NCBI GenBank assembly: GCA_963667175.2
Contig: CAXXXF010000006.1
Span: 640,001-704,000 of the forward strand
Direction of reading: 5' to 3'
DNA: 64,000 nt
Origin: Candidatus Latescibacterota bacterium
GTDB taxonomy: Bacteria; Latescibacterota; UBA2968; GCA-2709665
Shown: positions 1-10,092 of the stretch, in pieces
Layout: each line of letters begins with the position of its first letter
How positions within the stretch are numbered: position 1 is the stretch's first letter
The notes under the pieces: model-generated
What the model was told of the DNA's origin: nothing
Database searches by the model: none
Seen by the model: the letters and a program-made list of their open reading frames with translations, nothing else
Position numbers and translations under genes: made by a program

Positions 1-53
1 AGGTAAAAAAGAGGCGCGGGCCGCGTTGCGCGCCAACATTGTGCGAGGAGATC

Positions 54-527
54 ATGCCTGTGAAATACTGGCTGATGAAGTGCGAACTCAACGAATGCAG
101 CTTCGACGACCTGAAGCATAATCGCCCCGACAGCACGGGCAAATGGCGGGGGGTGCGCAACTACCAGGCGAGAAATTTCATCCGCGACGACATGAGAACC
201 GGCGACGTCGTCCTCTTCTACCAGTCCAACTGCGACGAACCCGGTATCGCGGGCCTGGCGGAGATTGTGCGGGCGGCCTATCCCGACCCCTCGGCTCTCG
301 ACCCGGACAGCAACTATTACGACGTCAAATCCACGCCGGACGACCCCCGTTGGTTCTCGGTGGACGTCAAATGGAAAAAGGCCTTCGAGACCTACGTGCA
401 TCTCAAAGACCTGAAGGCGAACCCCAAACTGAAGGAAATGCTTGTTGTCCGCCGGGGTCAGCGGCTATCCATCCAGCCCGTCAAAAAGCGGGAATTTGAT
501 ATCGTCCGTGAAATGGGAGGAGTCTGA
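54..527 (+). CDS. EVE domain protein (THYN1-like)
   Basis: YWLMKCE...W.GVRNYQARNFIRDDM..GD.VLFYQS motif; GAGGAG RBS before ATG54. Confidence 0.9.
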   Translation: MPVKYWLMKCELNECSFDDLKHNRPDSTGKWRGVRNYQARNFIRDDMRTGDVVLFYQSNCDEPGIAGLAEIVRAAYPDPSALDPDSNYYDVKSTPDDPRWFSVDVKWKKAFETYVHLKDLKANPKLKEMLVVRRGQRLSIQPVKKREFDIVREMGGV

Positions 528-585
528 TGCGCCTCGCCTCCTGTTGTTTTATCCGCCCGCCCGTCCGTACCACGGCACAATCCGA

Positions 586-1419
586 TCAAGGCGCTTCCGG
601 AACTTCCACCGGCAGATCCAGCCGGTCGCCCCATTCCTTCCACGACCCGATATAGTTGCGCACGTTCTCATATCCCAACAGGCGCAACGCCAGGTACGAA
701 TGGGAGGAACGGTACCCGCCCTGTCAGTAACACGCCACCGTCTGCTCCGGCGTCACGCCGGCCCGCTCGTACATCGCTCGCAGCTGAGCCCCCGGCTTGA
801 ACGCGCCGGACTCGTCCAGGTTGTTCAGATACTCGATATGCACGGCATCGGGCACGGCGCCGGCCCGGGCTGAGCGCGCCACCCGCCCGTAATACTCGTC
901 GTCGCTGCGCGTATCCAGCGGTACGAAATCCGTGCTTCCGAGCGAGTCCCGAATCTCCTCGTAGCCGATATGACGCCCCTCCACCGGCGCGGCTTCGAAC
1001 GTTCCCGCGTTCGGAACCGGGGCCTCCCGCGTCGTCGCATATCCCGCCGCCGTCCAGGCCCCCAGCCCGCCGTCCAGCACATGCACATCCCGGTGACCCA
1101 GGTATTCGCAGATCCAGAAACCCCGCGCCGCCCGCATCCCCGAGTCGTTTTCGTAAAACACGACCATGGCATCGGAGCCGATCCCCCGGCTTCCCATCAG
1201 GTAGGCCAGGGTCCACATGAACGCTTCGAAGGCCTCCTGTCCGGTGTTGTTCAGACTGATTCCGTAGAGGTCCAGGTGCAGCGCCCCCGGAATATGCCCC
1301 GAGACGTATTCGTGGGTGGGCCGGACGTCCACGATGCGCGTCGCTCCGTCGTGGAGGCGCCCATGCAACTGCACGGGCGTCGTCAACAGATCAGGATTCG
1401 CATATCCTTTTTCATTCAT
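586..1419 (-). CDS. Tandem-domain rhodanese/sulfurtransferase (SseA-like), selenoprotein with UGA (Sec) at 724-726
   Basis: The ORF stops at ...TVACY-TGA, but the frame continues [32 protein letters not shown]...EAP* to TGA 586-588. This restores the rhodanese active loop and the C-terminal Y.GSW.EW signature. Confidence 0.88.
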
Positions 1420-2483
1420 CACCGTCCCTCCTGCTCGTAATACGCGCTGACTTCAATACATCGCCCGCCCTGCCGGGCAGAGTCCCATCCCGCAAGGATC
1501 GGCGCCAGCGAATACAGTCCATCGTGATAATCATTCAGGATCCTTCCACGATCACCGGAACGCACCGCCTCCACAAAGACCCGATCCTGCACAAACCAGG
1601 GGTCGAAGTCTCCGGAACGATAGACCGTGTCGCCGTTCAGATCGATCTGATCGTAATTGAATATCTCCAGCCGCCCGCCCTCGAAGAAGAACGTGAACCA
1701 CGGCTGCGGCGTTCCCGACGGGTCCGCACGTACAAACGTCATGGTCATCGTCGCGCCGTTATTCATCAGGAAATGGAAGGAGGACGAAAGCGGTTCGCTG
1801 AAGACCTCCGACCGCTCACAATAAAACGCCTGGACCTTCTCCACCTCCAATCCGGTCATAAACCGGGTGTAATCCACGGCGTGCACACCCCAATCGAGCG
1901 CCGGACCGCCCGACTTGCCCATCTGGTGCCACCAGGACTTCCGGTCCATCCGCGTCTTCAAAGACGGCGCGCGCCCCACGGACCGAAACACGGCGTGCAC
2001 GATCCGCTTCTCCGACAGAATGCGCCGCGCCTCCTGGAACAGCGGCCGATACCGTTCCCGAAAACAGACCGTGCTCAACACGCCTGCCTTCCGAACCGCC
2101 CGGTCGATCTCGAGCGCCACGCACATCCGAATCGCCTGCGGTTTTTCGCTGAACAGATGAATCCCCCGTTCCACGGCTCCGACTTCGACGTCGGTGCGCG
2201 CAAAGGCCGGCACCACGGAAAAGAGCACGTCGAACCGCTCGTTCTCGACCATCTCGCGCCCATCGGCATAGACCGCGGGAATGTCAAAGCGCTCTGCAGT
2301 GCGGCTCAGGGCCTGCACGTCCACGTCACAGGCCGCTACGACGTCCACGCCCAGCTTTTTCAGGTTCGGAATATGGGTCCGGTTCGCCCATGACCCTGTG
2401 CCGTAAATCGCGGCGCGAACCGGCCTTCCGGAAATCCTCGCCGAATCCGTCGGCAGGTCTTCGTCTTCCGGTCTCCCTGCCAC
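1419..2483 (-). CDS. Gfo/Idh/MocA family oxidoreductase
   Basis: AAIYGTGSWA Rossmann motif, EKP motif, DWGVH; TGATG coupling to downstream gene; start approximate. Confidence 0.88.
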   Translation of the reverse strand: MAGRPEDEDLPTDSARISGRPVRAAIYGTGSWANRTHIPNLKKLGVDVVAACDVDVQALSRTAERFDIPAVYADGREMVENERFDVLFSVVPAFARTDVEVGAVERGIHLFSEKPQAIRMCVALEIDRAVRKAGVLSTVCFRERYRPLFQEARRILSEKRIVHAVFRSVGRAPSLKTRMDRKSWWHQMGKSGGPALDWGVHAVDYTRFMTGLEVEKVQAFYCERSEVFSEPLSSSFHFLMNNGATMTMTFVRADPSGTPQPWFTFFFEGGRLEIFNYDQIDLNGDTVYRSGDFDPWFVQDRVFVEAVRSGDRGRILNDYHDGLYSLAPILAGWDSARQGGRCIEVSAYYEQEGR

Positions 2484-2487
2484 GTCC

Positions 2488-3765
2488 CTACCCCCTGGCA
2501 AGCGACGCCGCCGTCTGTACTATGGTTTGCTCCTCACCCTGGAATCTGGCCGGTTCACCGTAATAGGGGTACGCGTTGGGCTCGTACCCCCCCTCCTCGT
2601 ATTGCCGGTCGGTACAGAGGTATCCGATCTCGTCGTTCGCGTATCCCACGGGCCATATATCATCTGCGTCGACAAGCCCCTTCAGTCGTTTCTCGATCGC
2701 GTGTCCGATTTCCTGAACCGGCTCGCCGGGAATGGTGACGCACGTCAGCGGGCCCACCGCCATCAACTGCATCTCCGTCGCGCGGCTCCCGGGAATGCCG
2801 CCGCGTTCGATCATCTTCAAGACGCCGCTCGCCCACTGCCCGGTCAGCAGGCGGCCTCTCGTGCTTTCGTCGTCCGCCATCTCCCGCAGTTTCTCTATCG
2901 GATCGTGTTCGCCGAATGGAATCGGCACGTCGGAACGCCGCGCGTTCAGCTGCGAGGACCGCCGGGTCTTCAGACTCCCGGCCACGCGCACCACCTCCCG
3001 TCCCAACTCCTCCCCGCACGCATCCAGTTCTGCCTTGCTTGCCGACTTGAAGCGCGCCGTCTCGGGGTCCACCACGGCCGGTCGGATATTTCCGAAACAC
3101 CCCGCCAGATACAAGGCCTTGCATCCGATGGACTCTTCGATCACCCTGCGGGCGATTCCGGCGTAATCCGGCGAAATATAGCCCTCGGACCCGCTCTTTG
3201 TCGTGGTATGGCAGGAATAGTGAAACAGCACCGCCAGCGGCGCCCCATCCTCCGCTTCCACGAGAAGCACACGGGCGCGCCGGTCCACGATACCGCCGAA
3301 GTTCAACGTCATGCTGGACGTGCCGGGCAATGGCCTGCGGCAGATATTGAAATGCGCCGACCCACAGCCCACCCCGAACCGGACCGGCCTCAGACCCGCC
3401 GCCGCCCGCGCGATGCTGTCCGCGGTTGCGATCTCGATCCTCTCCAGCCATCCTTCGGGCGGCTGCATGCCCAGCGATGGCAGCGTGGCCGGCGCCGAAT
3501 GCGTGTGGCTGCACGCCACCATCACGTGATCACCCGGGATACCGCATGCCTCCTGGACCCGCGCGCGGATCCGATCGGTCGTCTCCTTCGTCACCCCGAT
3601 GACGTCGAGGGTGGCGATCGCCGTCCTCACCTCCGCCTCTTCGAACACGATCGCACGGACTTCGAGCGGGTACAGTACCGAATGGGACGGATTCGTACTC
3701 CAGTGCCCCTGAAGCACGGGACCCGGCTCGGGCGTAATATCCGCCGTCGCAACGCCACTTTTCAT
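2488..3765 (-). CDS. Neutral/alkaline ceramidase-like hydrolase
   Basis: G.A..DITP, SHTHSAP, HYSCH, ISPDYAG, GY.NDEIGY...Y.EGGYE motifs; AGGAGGAG RBS. Confidence 0.8.
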   Translation of the reverse strand: MKSGVATADITPEPGPVLQGHWSTNPSHSVLYPLEVRAIVFEEAEVRTAIATLDVIGVTKETTDRIRARVQEACGIPGDHVMVACSHTHSAPATLPSLGMQPPEGWLERIEIATADSIARAAAGLRPVRFGVGCGSAHFNICRRPLPGTSSMTLNFGGIVDRRARVLLVEAEDGAPLAVLFHYSCHTTTKSGSEGYISPDYAGIARRVIEESIGCKALYLAGCFGNIRPAVVDPETARFKSASKAELDACGEELGREVVRVAGSLKTRRSSQLNARRSDVPIPFGEHDPIEKLREMADDESTRGRLLTGQWASGVLKMIERGGIPGSRATEMQLMAVGPLTCVTIPGEPVQEIGHAIEKRLKGLVDADDIWPVGYANDEIGYLCTDRQYEEGGYEPNAYPYYGEPARFQGEEQTIVQTAASLARG

Positions 3766-3817
3766 GGTTTTCTCCTCCTTTGACGTGTCGGGATGACGAG
3801 GTTCACGGTCGACACCC

Positions 3818-4168
3818 CTATGGTTGCCAGGAAATTCGCACACGCCCACCCCGAATTGTAACTACGGCCCGGTTTTCCAAGGCAGCACTGTGTCTTTCAA
3901 AAACCTGTGACATTACGGCGATCCGTTGGTCTACCGGCACATCCGGAAGACGCACCAACCCCGCGTGACTGGCCCGTCTGACATAGATGAGCTCTCCGAA
4001 GTCTGTATCGATCGTCAGAAGGATTCTACCAGCAGCCTCGGCTTGTTTCAGCAGTTCCCAGTCGCCTGGATCCTGTCCAAGCTCCCGGGACTCAACCACG
4101 TCGTGTCCCTGGTCTCTCAGCCAAACCGAGAGACGGTGACCAACGCACCTGTCGACGAGGAATTTCAC
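3818..4168 (-). CDS. DUF5615 PIN-like toxin (VapC45-type)
   Basis: MKFLVD.CV...L...GHDV...D..LL..A....RILLT.DTDFGEL; GTGA overlap with DUF433 gene. Confidence 0.85.
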   Translation of the reverse strand: MKFLVDRCVGHRLSVWLRDQGHDVVESRELGQDPGDWELLKQAEAAGRILLTIDTDFGELIYVRRASHAGLVRLPDVPVDQRIAVMSQVFERHSAALENRAVVTIRGGRVRISWQP

Positions 4169-4416
4169 GATTCCAAGACCGCAATGGCGTCAAGTGAATC
4201 TCTGGCGATACAGGCGTGCGCATAGGCGGCACATGCCCGAATATCATCCGGTTCCAGTTCGGGGTAATCTTCCAGGATAGCATCAGTCGACACGCCCTTT
4301 GCCAGCAGGCTAAGGACAATCTCGACCGATATTCTCATATCGCGAATAATAGGTTTTCCGCCAAAAACGTCAGGACGAGCAGTAATTCGACTAAGCAGTT
4401 CGTTATTGCTGGTCAT
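4165..4416 (-). CDS. DUF433 antitoxin (VapB45-type)
   Basis: RI...PDVFGGKPIIRDMRISVE.VL..LA.G.....IL.DYPEL..DDIRAC..YA; GGAGG RBS before ATG4416. Confidence 0.9.
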   Translation of the reverse strand: MTSNNELLSRITARPDVFGGKPIIRDMRISVEIVLSLLAKGVSTDAILEDYPELEPDDIRACAAYAHACIARDSLDAIAVLES

Positions 4417-4538
4417 GTCACCTCCGATGTTGGAACGGAAAAACGGCCTGCGGCTATCGTTTCGGAATATAACACACACGTTGCCAAAAATAGTCCGAGC
4501 GGCCATGATTCTTCCTGTGCAAGCCTCGCTCGAACCCG

Positions 4539-4572
4539 AAAAAAAGCCAGCCTGTCCAACACCTGACAGGCT
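4539..4572 (-). terminator. Possible intrinsic terminator
   Basis: AGCCTGTC-N8-GACAGGCT stem followed on the minus strand by GGC-T7. Confidence 0.4.
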
Positions 4573-4631
4573 CACGCCACATCTGTTTCCGTGGAGGTCT
4601 AGCTCTGGCATGTTCGAAGTCATCAGCCCAT

Positions 4632-4665
4632 AAAACGACGCCGGGGCGAAAGCACTCGCCCCGGC
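4632..4665 (-). terminator. Intrinsic terminator downstream of TorF-like gene
   Basis: GCCGGGGCGA-N6-TCGCCCCGGC 10-bp stem, then TCGTTTT on the minus strand. Confidence 0.6.
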
Positions 4666-4757
4666 AACGCTAAACCCCTCCCCCGCGGCTTCTTGCCGGT
4701 TACAGGCATTTCCTCGCGCGCGGTATCTTCCCTTACGCTAACTGGTCGCCAGCGCCT

Positions 4758-5492
4758 TCAATACGAGAAACCGAGACTGGCGCCACCCCAGACCCGTGTC
4801 GGCTCGCCTCCGTCTTCAACGATGTCTTCGATCCTCCGAATGACACCGATGGTCGCAGAGGCTGAAAAAAGGCTGCGACTTGCGCTCAGTGAAACCGAAC
4901 CGCCCACGTGGTTGAATTCGAACTTGTCGGTGGCGTCGCTGTATCCGACGTCGCCGGACACCCCAACCGAAACGTCGCCCTCGGAGGTCAGCGGGACGTC
5001 ATGGCCGATGCTGCCGTTGACGTACCAGTAATCGAACTGGCCCAGGTCGCGGTAGAGCGTTAGAGAGGGCGACAGAATTTTATCCAGACTCAGGCCGGCG
5101 AAAAACTCCGTGGTGAGTCTGTCGCCCTTGTCCAGGCTCGGAAACGTGTATTGAATCATGCCCACGGTAAGGCCGACGTCCTGGTACTGTTCTCCCAGGC
5201 TGCGGTCGTAGGTAAGCGTGAAGTCCAGTTCATCTCCCGCGTCCTGAATGCTCCGTTGTTTCAGAGCGGCGGAGCCCCAGACGTTGAACGCGAATCCGGA
5301 TTCCCCAAAGCCGATGGTGAGCGAGGGCTGCGCGGTGGGCTTGTTCGTGAAGCCGATGCCGCGGAAAATATAGTGGGAGACAAGATCCACGCCCCCCTCA
5401 ACGGAGACGTTCCCGATCTGTGCGAACGCCGGACTCGCAAGCAGGCCAAGGCTGAGGACAACAATGATCGTACGGGTTGGCATGGCTTCCAT
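4758..5492 (-). CDS. TorF/Gcw_chp-like outer-membrane porin
   Basis: Signal peptide (PAFA-Q), DLVSHYIFRG..., FNVWGS, ELDFTLTY, aromatic C-terminus FSY; close to glutamine synthetase. Confidence 0.7.
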   Translation of the reverse strand: MEAMPTRTIIVVLSLGLLASPAFAQIGNVSVEGGVDLVSHYIFRGIGFTNKPTAQPSLTIGFGESGFAFNVWGSAALKQRSIQDAGDELDFTLTYDRSLGEQYQDVGLTVGMIQYTFPSLDKGDRLTTEFFAGLSLDKILSPSLTLYRDLGQFDYWYVNGSIGHDVPLTSEGDVSVGVSGDVGYSDATDKFEFNHVGGSVSLSASRSLFSASATIGVIRRIEDIVEDGGEPTRVWGGASLGFSY

Positions 5493-5684
5493 ACCTCCAT
5501 TCTGTTTCGGTGATTTCCCCATTGGGTCACGCCAGGACCGAACGTCAATCGTGCTTGCGTGGCGGCACGTCGGGGAAAGAACCCGGGAGAGGTTAGCGGA
5601 TTGGCGTCTGCAATCTGAATGACGCAGATCGCTTTACCGGATCGGAATCAATACACAAGACGCTTTCATGCGCCTAAACGAATA

Positions 5685-5713
5685 ATCTTAGGGCCACGCG
5701 GGTTCAATGTCAA
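5685..5713 (-). promoter_or_regulatory. sigma70 promoter for porin gene
   Basis: TTGACA-17 bp-TAAGAT on the minus strand. Confidence 0.7.
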
Positions 5714-5759
5714 GTTGAATTTAAGAAGCTGCTTTTAAGATTGGCGACGCGACCGTACG

Positions 5760-6293
5760 CTATTCGGGCGGGCCGGCCGTTCGAGTGTGTTCCGAACGGA
5801 GATCCAGGAGGACCTTTCCCTGGCCATCCTTCAGGACAAGCGTCGTCTCGTATTTGTCGGCGCCCGCGAACCGGTCGACGATCTTTCCCTCCCACCCCGA
5901 ACCGAAATCCACGTATTCCCACGTCATCGTTTCCGACTTGTCGTCCCACGCGCCAATCCAGAAACTGCTTCCGCCTTCGGAATCGAACGCCCACTTGTGA
6001 TACCTGCCGCTGCTGACTTCGAAGCGGTGGATCTCACGAGTAGTCTCCGTCTTGCCGGTATGGCTGGATATCTGCTGGTATTGGCCGCCCAGTATCCACT
6101 CTCCCGTCGCCGCGCCCGTCATGACACCGTTCACAGGCGTCCAGGCCGCGGGTTTGAAAACGGTGTGATGCTTCCAGTCGCCATGCCACCTGGCGAGGGC
6201 CGTTGCATCCATCGATTCTTCAGCCGCTCCGGAACCAGCGGCCAATGACACCGCGAAACCAATCGCGGTCGCCGCCCGGTATATCGTTCTCAT
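5760..6293 (-). CDS. Secreted DUF1579-like beta-barrel protein
   Basis: Signal peptide; L..WHGDW...WILGGQY...Y.KW.FDS.G...G.WD pattern. Confidence 0.55.
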   Translation of the reverse strand: MRTIYRAATAIGFAVSLAAGSGAAEESMDATALARWHGDWKHHTVFKPAAWTPVNGVMTGAATGEWILGGQYQQISSHTGKTETTREIHRFEVSSGRYHKWAFDSEGGSSFWIGAWDDKSETMTWEYVDFGSGWEGKIVDRFAGADKYETTLVLKDGQGKVLLDLRSEHTRTAGPPE

Positions 6294-6317
6294 ATACCGC
6301 CTCTTTCTGAACAAGAC

Positions 6318-8510
6318 CTACCTCACGAACAGCATGTCGCGGTACGTCGGCAGCGGCCACAGATCGTCCGGAATCACTTTCTCCAATCGGTCCGCCACGT
6401 CGCGCACCGCGTTCATCGCCGGGATCACGTTGTCGCGCATGTGGACCACCTTGGACGACATCTCGTCTCCGCCGAGTTCTTCGTTTTGCGCGTCGAGTTC
6501 GTCCAGCGAATCGCTCAATTCATCGATCAGGCCGGAAACCCGCATGATGGCGCTTTCGATACCCTTTGTGGACCCGCCCGCCTTCTTCGTCCCGTTCCAC
6601 GCCGACGTGAGTTGGTTCAGGTAGGCGACCGCGGCGGGCAGGATCATGCAGCGGGCCACGTGCGCCGCCGTTTCGCCTTCGATGTTGATCTTGATGAAGT
6701 ACTGCTCGGTGAGCACCTCCAGCCTGGCCCCCAGTTCCCGTGGCGTCAGCACGCCGTACTTGTCGAAGAGCTCCTCGTTCGCGGACGAGGCGAGCGCAAC
6801 GAGCGCATCGACCGCCGATCCCGCGTTGTGCAGCCCTCGGCGCGCGGCCTCCTCGACCCACTCGGCCGCGTAATTGTCACCGTTGAAGATGATCCGCTTG
6901 AAGGACGGGATCTCGTTCGCCAACAGTGTCCAGAGCGCATCCTCGAGCGAGGTTCCGGCGTTGACGATCGGCTCCAGCAACTCCGTCCAATTGTCGATCG
7001 CCTCCGCCACGATCGTATTGAGGACGGTTGCCGACAGCGAGATATTCGCCGACGAACCGACCGCGCGGAACTCGAACTTGTTCCCGGTGAAAGCAAATGG
7101 AGACGTGCGGTTGCGGTCTCCGGAATGGCGCGTCAGGTCGGGGAGGACGTTGACTCCCAGGCCGAGGAGGCCGTCGTGTTCCCGCTGCTCCGCCTTTCCG
7201 GATTCCTCAAGCTGATTGAAGATGTCTTCGAGCTGGCTGCCCAGGAACACCGAGATGATCGACGGCGGGGCTTCATTGGCGCCCAAACGGTGATCGTTCC
7301 CGGCGCTTGAGACGCTGGCCAGGAGCAGGTCCTGGTGCTGCTCGACCGCGCTCATCACCGCGGTACAGAAGAACAGGAACATCAGGTTGTCGTGCGGCGT
7401 GTCGCCTGGATCCAACAGGTTACGATCCGAAGTGCCGAAGGACCAGTTCACGTGCTTGCCGCTGCCGTTGATCCCTGCGAAGGGCTTCTCGTGCAGGAGG
7501 CAGATGAATCCATAACTGCGCGCGCTTCGCTCGAGGATCCTCATCACCAGCTGTTGATGGTCCGACGCCACGTTCGCGTTCTCGTAGACCGGCGCCATCT
7601 CGTATTGTCCCGGCGCCACCTCGTTGTGGCGCGTCTTCATCGGCACGCCCAGCCGGTACAGGTCCATCTCGATGGACTGGATGCACGCCAGCACCCGCTC
7701 GTGGATCTGCCCGAAATAGTGGTCGTCGAGTTCCTGCCCCCTCGGTGGCTTTGCCCCGAAGAGCGTTCGGCCCGAGGTCATGAGGTCGGGTCTGCGGTAA
7801 TAGAATTCGCGGTCCACGAGAAAGAACTCCTGCTCGGGACCGAGGCTGGCCGTTACCATCCCGGCGTCGATACCGAAGAGCTTGAGCGCTCGTCGCGTGA
7901 CCCGGTCCAGTGCGTCCATCGACCGGAGCAGCGGGATCTTGGCGTCAAGGCTCTCTCCCGTCCAGCTGGAAAAAGCAGTGGGAATGCACAGGTACGTTGC
8001 CGACTCGCCGCCCATGATGAAAGCGGGAGAGGTAGGATCCCAGGCCGTGTACCCGCGCGCCTCGAAGGTAACCCGTAAGCCGCCCGAGGGGAACGACGAG
8101 GCGTCCGGCTCGCCCTGGACGAGTTCCTCGCCGCCGAACTCCGTGATGGCGCGCGCATCGGCGTCCACCTTCAGGAAGGAGTCGTGCTTTTCGGCCGTGT
8201 GTCCCGTGAGCGGCTGGAACCAGTGGGTATAGTGGGTCGCGCCCTTCGAGAGCGCCCAGTCTTTCATCGACGCAGCCACGGTGTCCGCGATATTGGAATC
8301 GAGTTGCTTTCCTTCTTGAATCGTCTGGACGAGTTGCTTGAAGACGTTCTCCGGAAGCCTGGACTGCATTTCGCTCAGTCCGAACGTGTCTTTGCCGAAG
8401 ATGTCAGGCAGGAGGTCTCGGTCGCCCGATCGGGATTCCGGCTTGCGGTCCCAGGTCTTGGCGGCACTGACGGAATCGAAACGTCTCTGGATCCTCATCG
8501 TGAAAGCCAT
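6318..8510 (-). CDS. glnA: Glutamine synthetase type III
   Basis: 730 aa; GATHYTHWFQPLTG.TAEKHDSF, GEPDASSFPSGG, HNEVAPGQYE, GINGSGKH, DRNRTSPFAFTGNKFEFR. Confidence 0.96.
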   Translation of the reverse strand: MAFTMRIQRRFDSVSAAKTWDRKPESRSGDRDLLPDIFGKDTFGLSEMQSRLPENVFKQLVQTIQEGKQLDSNIADTVAASMKDWALSKGATHYTHWFQPLTGHTAEKHDSFLKVDADARAITEFGGEELVQGEPDASSFPSGGLRVTFEARGYTAWDPTSPAFIMGGESATYLCIPTAFSSWTGESLDAKIPLLRSMDALDRVTRRALKLFGIDAGMVTASLGPEQEFFLVDREFYYRRPDLMTSGRTLFGAKPPRGQELDDHYFGQIHERVLACIQSIEMDLYRLGVPMKTRHNEVAPGQYEMAPVYENANVASDHQQLVMRILERSARSYGFICLLHEKPFAGINGSGKHVNWSFGTSDRNLLDPGDTPHDNLMFLFFCTAVMSAVEQHQDLLLASVSSAGNDHRLGANEAPPSIISVFLGSQLEDIFNQLEESGKAEQREHDGLLGLGVNVLPDLTRHSGDRNRTSPFAFTGNKFEFRAVGSSANISLSATVLNTIVAEAIDNWTELLEPIVNAGTSLEDALWTLLANEIPSFKRIIFNGDNYAAEWVEEAARRGLHNAGSAVDALVALASSANEELFDKYGVLTPRELGARLEVLTEQYFIKINIEGETAAHVARCMILPAAVAYLNQLTSAWNGTKKAGGSTKGIESAIMRVSGLIDELSDSLDELDAQNEELGGDEMSSKVVHMRDNVIPAMNAVRDVADRLEKVIPDDLWPLPTYRDMLFVR

Positions 8511-8616
8511 CCTATATGAAATGGTGAGGGTGCGCGCATAACGAACCTATCGGACATGAATACGACGGAATTGTCGGTTTCGCAACTCTTAAACGACCGC
8601 GTGCCTCTGAAAACGT

Positions 8617-10092
8617 CTATTCGAACCAGTACGAAAAGAGGGACGCCTGTCTGAGGTAGAACTTGAGACGGACTTCCCTGCCCTTCAGTTCATTCAGGTC
8701 CGCCCGCTCCATCCAGGTCAACTGGCGGGCCATCGCGTCGTCGTCGAGCCTGGCGCACCGGACCATGGCGTATTCAGGCGCGTGATACCCGTCCCGTTCG
8801 ATCACGGACGCCGACAGTTCCCCGCCCGCGGCATCCGCGTTCACGTAGAGGCGTCCGCCGGGACACACGAACGGCGCCGTCACCACCCATCCGGCCTGCT
8901 CTCCCGCGCAAAGACTCCCGAATCCGTCTCGCCTCAGCCGGGCAAGCCCCGGAAGCTTCACGTAGGACAGCCCATGGCTGTGCACGCTCATCCCGTAATA
9001 GAACCAGAGCTCGTCTCCCACGGACACGGGCGAGTTGGATGGCCAGACAATTCCCGAGTCCAGGCCGCCGGGCGTCGTGTCCAGAAAAGGCGCACGACCC
9101 TCCGGCCGGTTCCAGTGAACGCCGTCCCGGCTGGTTACCAGTTCGATGTAACAACGGCCCAGCATCGCGGAATGGGCAGGCCAATCGGGCAGCCGGTAGG
9201 GAAACCGCTTGGGTCGTTCTTCCGCAAATCCTTCGTGTACGCACAACAACCCGACGTACATCCCTTCGTAGAAGAACACGCCGATCGTCTGAAACTCCGT
9301 ACCCTCCGGATCGTCGCCGTCCGGCTCGAGCACGGTTTCCAGTTCCGTCCACTCGGTCAGGTCCTCGCTCTCGCTCCGCGCGATCAGTCGAACCGAGACG
9401 CCTTCCGGATCGATCTCCTCGTCCGGACGGGCGATCTGGGGGCGAAAATAGGCGACGTATTTCCCGATCTCCGCATCCCAACCCGCCAGGCAGTTCAGCC
9501 CGTCGGAATGTCCGATCCGGCTCGGCACGCGAACTTTCTTCGGATCCGACCACCGTACGCCGTCCGGTGAAAAGCTGATGCTGGAAGGATAATATATCAT
9601 CTTGTACCTTCTGGCGTCATCTTTTTCGCAATCGTCGATGACAACGCACGGCAAAGACCCCGGCGGTTCGAATAAGACGTTGTTTTCAGTGCTTCCGTTG
9701 ATTTCGATCCGCCCCAACGCCGGAAGCCGCCAGTGAATTCCGTTATGCGACTCCGCGTAGGCCACCACCGGCGTCCCGCCCCCGTACCCGAAGTCCTCTA
9801 TCCCCGGCGGCTTCATCTGATAATACATCTGAAAGCACCCGGAGGGGCCGCGGACCACCGACGTGGGCGTCAGGTTGTCGTTCGGTTTCTCAACGCCGCC
9901 CTCTCGCGGAACCTGGTCCTCCTCGTACCGCACGCCCTCCCGCGCGTCGTGAAAGCGGTTCCCCACCAGCAGCGGATTCCCCACGTATTTGACCGGGGAG
10001 TGGTATCTGCGGCAAACGCGAAACGTCTCCGCGACCCCCTCGTCATCCAGAAACAACTGTCGATTGGCGTCAACCTGCATCGGGGATCGCAT
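8617..10092 (-). CDS. GH32/GH43-like five-bladed beta-propeller glycosidase-like protein
   Basis: RQLFLDD, YAESHNGIHW, S.DGV.W Asp-boxes, ELWFYY, GLARLRRDGF, L.VNADA, C-terminal LFSYWF. Confidence 0.65.
   Translation of the reverse strand: MRSPMQVDANRQLFLDDEGVAETFRVCRRYHSPVKYVGNPLLVGNRFHDAREGVRYEEDQVPREGGVEKPNDNLTPTSVVRGPSGCFQMYYQMKPPGIEDFGYGGGTPVVAYAESHNGIHWRLPALGRIEINGSTENNVLFEPPGSLPCVVIDDCEKDDARRYKMIYYPSSISFSPDGVRWSDPKKVRVPSRIGHSDGLNCLAGWDAEIGKYVAYFRPQIARPDEEIDPEGVSVRLIARSESEDLTEWTELETVLEPDGDDPEGTEFQTIGVFFYEGMYVGLLCVHEGFAEERPKRFPYRLPDWPAHSAMLGRCYIELVTSRDGVHWNRPEGRAPFLDTTPGGLDSGIVWPSNSPVSVGDELWFYYGMSVHSHGLSYVKLPGLARLRRDGFGSLCAGEQAGWVVTAPFVCPGGRLYVNADAAGGELSASVIERDGYHAPEYAMVRCARLDDDAMARQLTWMERADLNELKGREVRLKFYLRQASLFSYWFE

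Noticed and set aside
724-726. Reading the TGA as a true stop or pseudogene
   Set aside because: It falls on the catalytic residue and the downstream frame is fully conserved; Sec is the simpler explanation
4417-4623. N-terminal extension of the DUF433 ORF
   Set aside because: Non-homologous sequence containing a hairpin; GGAGG RBS supports ATG4416
8511-8616. Glutamine (glnA) riboswitch or sigma54 promoter upstream of GS III
   Set aside because: No CGTT..GGAAGTA..GAAG..AACG pattern and no TGGCAC-N5-TTGC seen
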